Positions 58,191-64,000 of a stretch of DNA of 64,000 nucleotides are shown piece by piece. Under the pieces are notes generated by a model. It made no database searches. It saw nothing but the letters and a program-made list of their open reading frames with translations, and had not been told where the DNA came from. Source of the stretch: Sedimentisphaeraceae bacterium JB056 (GTDB lineage: Bacteria > Planctomycetota > Phycisphaerae > Sedimentisphaerales > Sedimentisphaeraceae). Position 1 is the stretch's first letter. Each line of letters begins with the position of its first letter. Both the position numbers and the translations under genes were made by a program. The stretch is from assembly GCA_044440125.1 (NCBI GenBank), contig JBITAJ010000028.1:224001-288000 (forward strand), written 5' to 3'.

Positions 58191-59177
58191 TTAGTCAGCG
58201 TATCCGTTAGGATGATCGTTGTGCCATTTCCAGGCGGTCTCAACAATCTTCTCAAGATCAGTCCACTTCGGTTGCCAAAGAAGCTCTTTTCTTGCTTTTG
58301 AAGCATCGGCAGTGAGTACCGCAGGGTCGCCTGGGCGTCTGTCAGCTTCTGTGACTTTGAAATCCTTGCCGGAAACTTTCTTTACTGTCTCGATAACTTC
58401 ACGAACCGAATAGCCGTTACCGTTGCCAAGATTATAGAACTGCTCACTCAAATCGCCAAGTTTTTCCAAAGCCAGAAGATGGGCACTGCAAAGGTCTTCA
58501 ATATGAATATAATCCCTTACGCATGTTCCATCCGGCGTATCATAATCGCTGCCGAAAATCTTGATATCCTCACGCTTGCCCATCGCTGCCTGTATGATAA
58601 GCGGAATGAGGTGTGATTCAGGCTTATGGTCTTCACCAAGCTTGCCGCCGTTACCGGCACCGCATGCGTTAAAATATCTCAGAGCCGCATAGTTGAGTCT
58701 TCCTGTCTGGCTCTGGAACTGACACATTCTCTCAACAGCCCACTTGCTCTCACCATACGGATTTATTGCCTTCTTTGGCAATGTCTCTACGATAGGTACA
58801 ACCTCCGGCATGCCGTAAGTCGCTGCTGTAGAACTGAATACAAACTTATTCACACCTACAAACTCCATCGCTCTGAGGAGATTATGTGTATTACAGAAAT
58901 TGTTGTGGTAATAACCAAGAGGGTCGGCAACGCTCTCGCCAACCTCAATAAAAGCGGCAAAATGCATGACCGCATCTATTTTTTTATCGCGGAGAACGCG
59001 AACAAGCTTATCATAATCAGCCAAATCGCCATAAATAAATTCAGCGCCATCAACGATAGCTGCTTTATGACCTTTGCTGAGGTTATCATAAACAAATGGA
59101 TTATGCCCGCTGGCTGCAAGCATAGCCGTCATATTACTGCCGATATAACCGGCACCACCACATACAAGTACATTCAT
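58191..59177 (-). CDS. galE: UDP-glucose 4-epimerase
   Basis: GGAGYIGS, HFAAFIEVGES, FSSTAATYG, PYGESK, LRYFNA, DGTCVRDYIH. Confidence 0.96.
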   Translation of the reverse strand: MNVLVCGGAGYIGSNMTAMLAASGHNPFVYDNLSKGHKAAIVDGAEFIYGDLADYDKLVRVLRDKKIDAVMHFAAFIEVGESVADPLGYYHNNFCNTHNLLRAMEFVGVNKFVFSSTAATYGMPEVVPIVETLPKKAINPYGESKWAVERMCQFQSQTGRLNYAALRYFNACGAGNGGKLGEDHKPESHLIPLIIQAAMGKREDIKIFGSDYDTPDGTCVRDYIHIEDLCSAHLLALEKLGDLSEQFYNLGNGNGYSVREVIETVKKVSGKDFKVTEADRRPGDPAVLTADASKARKELLWQPKWTDLEKIVETAWKWHNDHPNGYAD

Positions 59178-59245
59178 TCTTTATTATCCTTGAATATTGC
59201 AAAACCTGATTTAGTAATAAATCAATAATTATCCACTATATACAA

Positions 59246-60313
59246 TCAATTGTCAACCATCTTATGTATCAATTCGAGCATCCGATCAAGCAGTTTAGCT
59301 TCGGGAACGGTAGCAATTTTCTTGCCCTTTGAGTATAAAAAGCCCTTCTGATTAGCCGCACAAACAGCAACATCGGCGTCTGCCGCCTCACCCGGACCAT
59401 TTACTATACATCCCATAACTGCAACTTTGACAGGGCTTTGTATTCCCTTGATTGCCTTTCTTACCTTCTTTGCCAGCGAGACGACATCAACCATGCACCT
59501 GCCGCAGGTAGGACAGACCACAAGCTGAGGCTCATTTTTCTCAAATAATCCCACGGCACTGAGTATATCCTGAGCCGCAGCAATCTCCGCTACCGGATTA
59601 CCCGCAAGACTAACCCTTATTGTATCACCGATTCCCTCATTAAAGAGAGTTCCAAGTGCTACGGACGAAGGTATGATAGCATCTTCCGGCAAACCGGCAT
59701 GAGTAAGGCCGATATGAATCGGGTATTCAAAATTCTCCGAAAACGCCCTGTTGACCTCAACTGTTCGAATGACATCAACACTTTTAGCACTTATCACGAT
59801 ATTATCAAAGCCGTTCTTCTCGAAAAGACGCACATACTTCGTCATCTCTTTGACCATGAGAGAGACGCGTTTTTTCTCGGACACATCGCCTGCCTTAAGG
59901 TCTCTGATGCTGGCCTCATTAATACCGATACGCATTGCTATTTTATGGGCTTTGGCACATTCAATTATCTGCTTCACATCCTTGGGATCCTTGATATTAC
60001 CCGGATTTAAACGTATTTTTGATGCACCCGCCTCGATAGCCTCTATCGCTCTGTCACGTGAAAAATGAATATCAGCAACGACAGGAATAGCAACCTTATC
60101 GATTATTTTTGCCAAAGCCTCAGTATCGGCTTTAGTAGGCACGGCAATCCTGATTATATCACAGCCGCACTTCTCCAACGCCCTGACCTGACGAACAGTG
60201 GCCGCGACATCGGTTGTCGCTGTCTTTGTCATCGACTGGATCGCAACTTTATATCGATTACCTATTTTTATATCGCCAACAGTGGCGGTTTTCACCTTGT
60301 TTCTCTTTATCAT
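59246..60313 (-). CDS. ispG: (E)-4-hydroxy-3-methylbut-2-enyl-diphosphate synthase
   Basis: IQSMT, PVVADIHF, RLNPGNI, GIGDTIRVSL, CPTCGR, AVMGCIVNGPGEA. Confidence 0.96.
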   Translation of the reverse strand: MIKRNKVKTATVGDIKIGNRYKVAIQSMTKTATTDVAATVRQVRALEKCGCDIIRIAVPTKADTEALAKIIDKVAIPVVADIHFSRDRAIEAIEAGASKIRLNPGNIKDPKDVKQIIECAKAHKIAMRIGINEASIRDLKAGDVSEKKRVSLMVKEMTKYVRLFEKNGFDNIVISAKSVDVIRTVEVNRAFSENFEYPIHIGLTHAGLPEDAIIPSSVALGTLFNEGIGDTIRVSLAGNPVAEIAAAQDILSAVGLFEKNEPQLVVCPTCGRCMVDVVSLAKKVRKAIKGIQSPVKVAVMGCIVNGPGEAADADVAVCAANQKGFLYSKGKKIATVPEAKLLDRMLELIHKMVDN

Positions 60314-60386
60314 ATTCTGCCTTAATATAAATGAAAAATATTCCCGCATTATTGGCAAATCTGCACATATTGAAATTTTGACAAAT

Positions 60387-60426
60387 AAAAAAGCGGGTTA
60401 TGGATAAGTATATCCATAACCCGCTT
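60387..60426 (-). terminator. intrinsic terminator after lexA
   Basis: perfect 16-bp stem aagcgggttatggata/tatccataacccgctt with a U tract on the minus strand. Confidence 0.85.
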
Positions 60427-60445
60427 AAAGTCCAATCGTTATGTT

Positions 60446-61096
60446 TTAAATTTTTCTTATAAGCCCCACGACAACCCCTCTTACTTCACAATTCCTCGTA
60501 AGAATAGGCTGAAAGCTGTCATTTGCCGGCTGCAACCTTATATGATCCTTCTCTTTATAGAAACGTTTGAGAGTTGCCTCTGTGCCGTCAACTATAGCGA
60601 CAACCACATCTCCATTTCGCGGCTGAGAACTCTGCTTGCACACCACATAATCACCAGGGCAGATATTATCATTTATCATGCTCTCTCCAGAAACCTCCAA
60701 AGCGAAGGTGTTACCGGCACTCACAGCAAACTCTGTTTCAAGGGAAATCCTGTCGCAATCTTCAATCGCCTCACTCGGCAAACCGGCATTAATCATACCG
60801 ACAAGCGGTAGCCCTTCCTCAATAGCTTCAGAATCCGAAACAAACGGCTCATCGCTTACTTCCTCGAGAAGCTCTATCGCTTCTTCAGTGAGCTTCAAAG
60901 AGCGGGCTTTGCCCCGAGAGGCACACAGAAAACCTTTTTCTTGGAGTGCGGCGCAGTGCTCGAACACGGTGGCGCGGCTCCTTTGAAGCAGATCCGCCAG
61001 TTCCTGCATCGTTGGCGAATACGGCTTGTTCTGCTGATAATGATAAAATATCTTTAGTATTTCCAGTTTTACCGGCGTTATATTCACGGCTGTCAT
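60446..61096 (-). CDS. lexA: SOS repressor LexA
   Basis: wHTH (SPTMQELA...ATVFEHCAALQEKG), Ala-Gly cleavage site INAGLP, catalytic VSGESM and ATLKR. Confidence 0.93.
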   Translation of the reverse strand: MTAVNITPVKLEILKIFYHYQQNKPYSPTMQELADLLQRSRATVFEHCAALQEKGFLCASRGKARSLKLTEEAIELLEEVSDEPFVSDSEAIEEGLPLVGMINAGLPSEAIEDCDRISLETEFAVSAGNTFALEVSGESMINDNICPGDYVVCKQSSQPRNGDVVVAIVDGTEATLKRFYKEKDHIRLQPANDSFQPILTRNCEVRGVVVGLIRKI

Positions 61097-61394
61097 GCCT
61101 TTCAAAAGAGTTATGCTCGTCTGCTACATCATCACCACCCGCGCAAACGGGGAGTCTGTAACTGATAGATTTTATTATATACTTGATCGTTTCGGCTACA
61201 GGTGTAAAAAAGCCCTCTGAATTATGATTATACTCAGGAGTATAATCCATCTGATAATCACCGCCGGGGCCAAACTTGCATAGTGGTATATTTGTTTCTG
61301 TTCCAAGACTCATATTCCGTGTCTTTCCTAATAAAAACAACAAGTTATCCTTAACTACAGAGATGATTATAACATAAAGAGAGAACATTCCAAA

Positions 61395-61432
61395 CAAAAA
61401 CCGAACGAATTTTGAATTTTGTTCGGTTTTTG
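61395..61432. promoter_or_regulatory. palindromic operator candidate between lexA and the LacI gene
   Basis: perfect 12-bp inverted repeat CAAAAACCGAAC-N14-GTTCGGTTTTTG. Confidence 0.45.
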
Positions 61433-61669
61433 ACAGGTTAACACATACAACCTGAACGCAAATCGTTTAATTTCAGAGAATTAAAAAAAGTGATTTTCTG
61501 ACAACTTTTTTTAAAAATCAGAAAACAATTCATCTAAATCAAGGTCGCAAACGAATAAAAAATCGTTATCTGCCTCAAGATTACCGACGAAACTCTTGAA
61601 TAATGCGCAACTATTCATATAATATATTTATTACGTTATCGTTACCGTTAGACCTTTATTGGAGCCCTA

Positions 61670-62713
61670 ATGCCTGGTAAAAAAGTAAAATCAGGAATGA
61701 AAGACATTGCAAACAGGCTTAACATCTCTGTCACAACAGTAGGCAGAGCTTTTTCCAATGCAACAGATATCAGCCCTGCAACAAAAGAACGGATATTCAA
61801 ATTAGCCAAAGAACTTGATTACCGGCCAAACCTCAACGCACGCGCTCTGGTACAGCAGAAAACAAGTACCCTTGGTCTGGTCATCTGCAATGTAAGTAAC
61901 CCTATCATGGAAGGTGTTATTCGGGACGTAGAGGATTCGGTCAGCAAAGAAGGATACCGTCTCAATCTTGCTATAAGTCACGGCGAACCCAAAAGAGAAA
62001 GAGACATTGTCAACGATATGCTCTGCAGACGCATTGATGGCGTTATAATTCATCCCCACTGTCTTGAAGGTCGAAGTGAAGCGGTTGAGAGCCTCCTGGA
62101 AACCAAAACTCCAACCGTGGTTTTAGGCAACTATACTCACTCAGCCGTCAGCCAGGTCGGCATGGACCTTTTTACAGCCGGATACGAGATAACTTCCCAT
62201 CTTCTCGATCTCGGGCACAAAAAGATAGCATGTATAAACGAGCTGCCGGGCGATCCGCGATTCAAAGGATATATAAAGGCCTGTGAAGAAAGGTCTATAA
62301 TAATAGACGATGAATTGTCTTACTATCTCCCTGTACGTGCCAGAAGCGGTATAGATATCTGCCGAGATATTATTGAGAAGAAATCCACTGCCGTATTCGC
62401 GATCAGTGATGCGTTGGCAGCAACAATACTGGAAGGCTTCAAACTTCTTGGTATCAAAGTACCTGATGATATAGCATTGGCAGGCTGCGGAAATGATCGC
62501 TACAGCAGCGTAATGGGTCCAAGCCTAACCAGTTACGGCTTCCCATACCACAACCTGCCGCGCCACCTGACCAACTTTATACTGGAAAAGATAGATTACC
62601 CCGAATCGACCATAAGAAGCGCCGTGCTAATAGGTAAACTCATACCGAGGGAATCTACATTGGGAATCGGAACGCCGCTAATCCACACAGATCAAACCAA
62701 ACCCAATTTCTAA
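61670..62713 (+). CDS. LacI family transcriptional regulator
   Basis: MKDIANRLNISVTTVGRAF...LDYRPNLNARAL, sugar-binding domain, VPDDIAL, PSLTS, IPREST. Confidence 0.94.
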   Translation: MPGKKVKSGMKDIANRLNISVTTVGRAFSNATDISPATKERIFKLAKELDYRPNLNARALVQQKTSTLGLVICNVSNPIMEGVIRDVEDSVSKEGYRLNLAISHGEPKRERDIVNDMLCRRIDGVIIHPHCLEGRSEAVESLLETKTPTVVLGNYTHSAVSQVGMDLFTAGYEITSHLLDLGHKKIACINELPGDPRFKGYIKACEERSIIIDDELSYYLPVRARSGIDICRDIIEKKSTAVFAISDALAATILEGFKLLGIKVPDDIALAGCGNDRYSSVMGPSLTSYGFPYHNLPRHLTNFILEKIDYPESTIRSAVLIGKLIPRESTLGIGTPLIHTDQTKPNF

Positions 62714-62720
62714 GCTACTT

Positions 62721-64000
62721 TCACCTGAGCCACTCGTTAGCAAATATGCTGAAATCCCCGAGGTTCACATAGCAGTCTTTATTAAAATCTGCGGGTATTT
62801 CGTATAAACAACGCTCACCCATTGTAAATTCTACATCATCTCCATTCCACAAGATACTGTCAACTGAGTCGGGCCATTGGATCTCGATCAAAACCTCATC
62901 AACATTTCTTGTAATTAAAACTGACGGCTTAGGCTGTTCGATAGACCGCGGAGAAAAAACTGTTACAAAACGAGGATTGACAGAACTGCAAACCGCATTC
63001 AACTTCGGATATTGAGCAGGCGTTCCTTTAAGAGGCAGATAATAACCACTGCTTAAAGACACAGGCATATCAGCACCTATCTGAATATCCATACAAAACT
63101 GAGAAGACGCCTCCGGAGTCGAGAGAGCCTGATAGAGCCCATTTTCAATTCCGTTCAAAACGATCTCTGTATCCGGTGCCCCTATCATCTGCCAATTAAA
63201 TTCATTTGATGAGACACCTTTATAAATATCATCAAGTACAACCATATATGCAGGAGTAGTTACAGACGCTCTTATAAACAATGCATGTCTCAAGGCCTTA
63301 TCAACAATACTCTCATCACGATTGTACGCCGGCTCACAATCGGCTACTGCATAAGCATAAAAGAACCTGTCTTCATATTTGGTGATTACACCATTAGTTC
63401 CGATAGCATTGCCCGACACAGCCTGACCTTCACCATTCACAAGAATGCAGCTGTGATCAACGGTCTGCCCTCTTTCAAGCGGAACCCGTGAATTAGAATA
63501 ACCAGGATCAACCGCCCATTGGTATCCAAGACCATAAATATTGAAATGACCCTTATCGGCCTGATTATGAGTTCCGCCGGGAGCATGGTAGAACTGCCCC
63601 GCTTCGATCGAAAACATCACATCTTCCGTTTCCCAACCGCTTCGAAATATTGCAAGCCCCCTACCGGTAAAATGCTCACCTGTCTTCATATATTCAAGCT
63701 GAGGGTTCTGTGGTACAAGAGCAATATTCCACTGAGGCAAAAGTCTTACCGGATTAAAGCCACCCTGATGATAGTCAGAAGTCCATGTAGTCTCGGCATC
63801 TTGCCAGAGCTTCTCAAGAAGGTTGTCCTGATAATAGCCTGCAAGATATTTAAGAGCAGGATCGAGAGTTGAGGAATAAAGAGCGTCATTTCTTGCTTCG
63901 AAAACTTTACTTCCGGGAAGCCTGATCATAGCAAGGAAATCAGAAGCATTCTGCAATCTTGAACCAGCAAGCAGATCAACACCTTCATTTCGCATCAGTG
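62721..64000 (-). CDS. partial (5' end outside the window) heparinase II/III-like protein with C-terminal dockerin-like domain
   Basis: GLAIFRSGW, GTHNQADKGHF, VDPGY, HSCILVNGEGQ; tail ADFNKDCYVNLGDFSIFANEWL. Confidence 0.75.
   Translation of the reverse strand, partial: LMRNEGVDLLAGSRLQNASDFLAMIRLPGSKVFEARNDALYSSTLDPALKYLAGYYQDNLLEKLWQDAETTWTSDYHQGGFNPVRLLPQWNIALVPQNPQLEYMKTGEHFTGRGLAIFRSGWETEDVMFSIEAGQFYHAPGGTHNQADKGHFNIYGLGYQWAVDPGYSNSRVPLERGQTVDHSCILVNGEGQAVSGNAIGTNGVITKYEDRFFYAYAVADCEPAYNRDESIVDKALRHALFIRASVTTPAYMVVLDDIYKGVSSNEFNWQMIGAPDTEIVLNGIENGLYQALSTPEASSQFCMDIQIGADMPVSLSSGYYLPLKGTPAQYPKLNAVCSSVNPRFVTVFSPRSIEQPKPSVLITRNVDEVLIEIQWPDSVDSILWNGDDVEFTMGERCLYEIPADFNKDCYVNLGDFSIFANEWLR

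Overview
Ordinary chromosomal window from an anaerobic bacterium, most likely a planctomycete of the Phycisphaerae/Sedimentisphaerales type. This is inferred from the stand-alone prepilin-type protein, dockerin-like tail, Tat-exported sulfatases, three groEL paralogues and HydE. Most of the window is housekeeping and catabolic: a sulfur-assimilation operon (DUF3034-cysK-metY-hydE) opposite an Rrf2 regulator, cmoAB, groES-groEL, serS, recG, a sulfated-glycan utilisation operon, paaK, tRNA-Gly(TCC), groEL-groES-groEL-dnaJ-grpE, tilS, ribD, aroF, galE, ispG and lexA. The standout is a visibly AT-rich, translationally coupled four-gene cassette on the minus strand (23925-29103). It encodes a type I PRTase-fold protein, a STAND/ORC-CDC6-like ATPase, an uncharacterised alpha/beta (possibly CARF-like) protein, and an N6-adenine-type DNA methyltransferase fused to an HsdS-like recognition domain, with no recognisable nuclease. 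It looks like a nucleotide-targeting anti-phage system wired to a self/non-self methylase. Other points of note: both chaperonin operons carry near-perfect sigma-54 promoters and no CIRCE; there is a solitary HEPN-motif gene beside cmoAB and a histone-H1-like fusion protein; and several families of REP-like and short tandem repeats are scattered through the intergenic DNA. All family assignments come from motifs read by eye; no database search was run.
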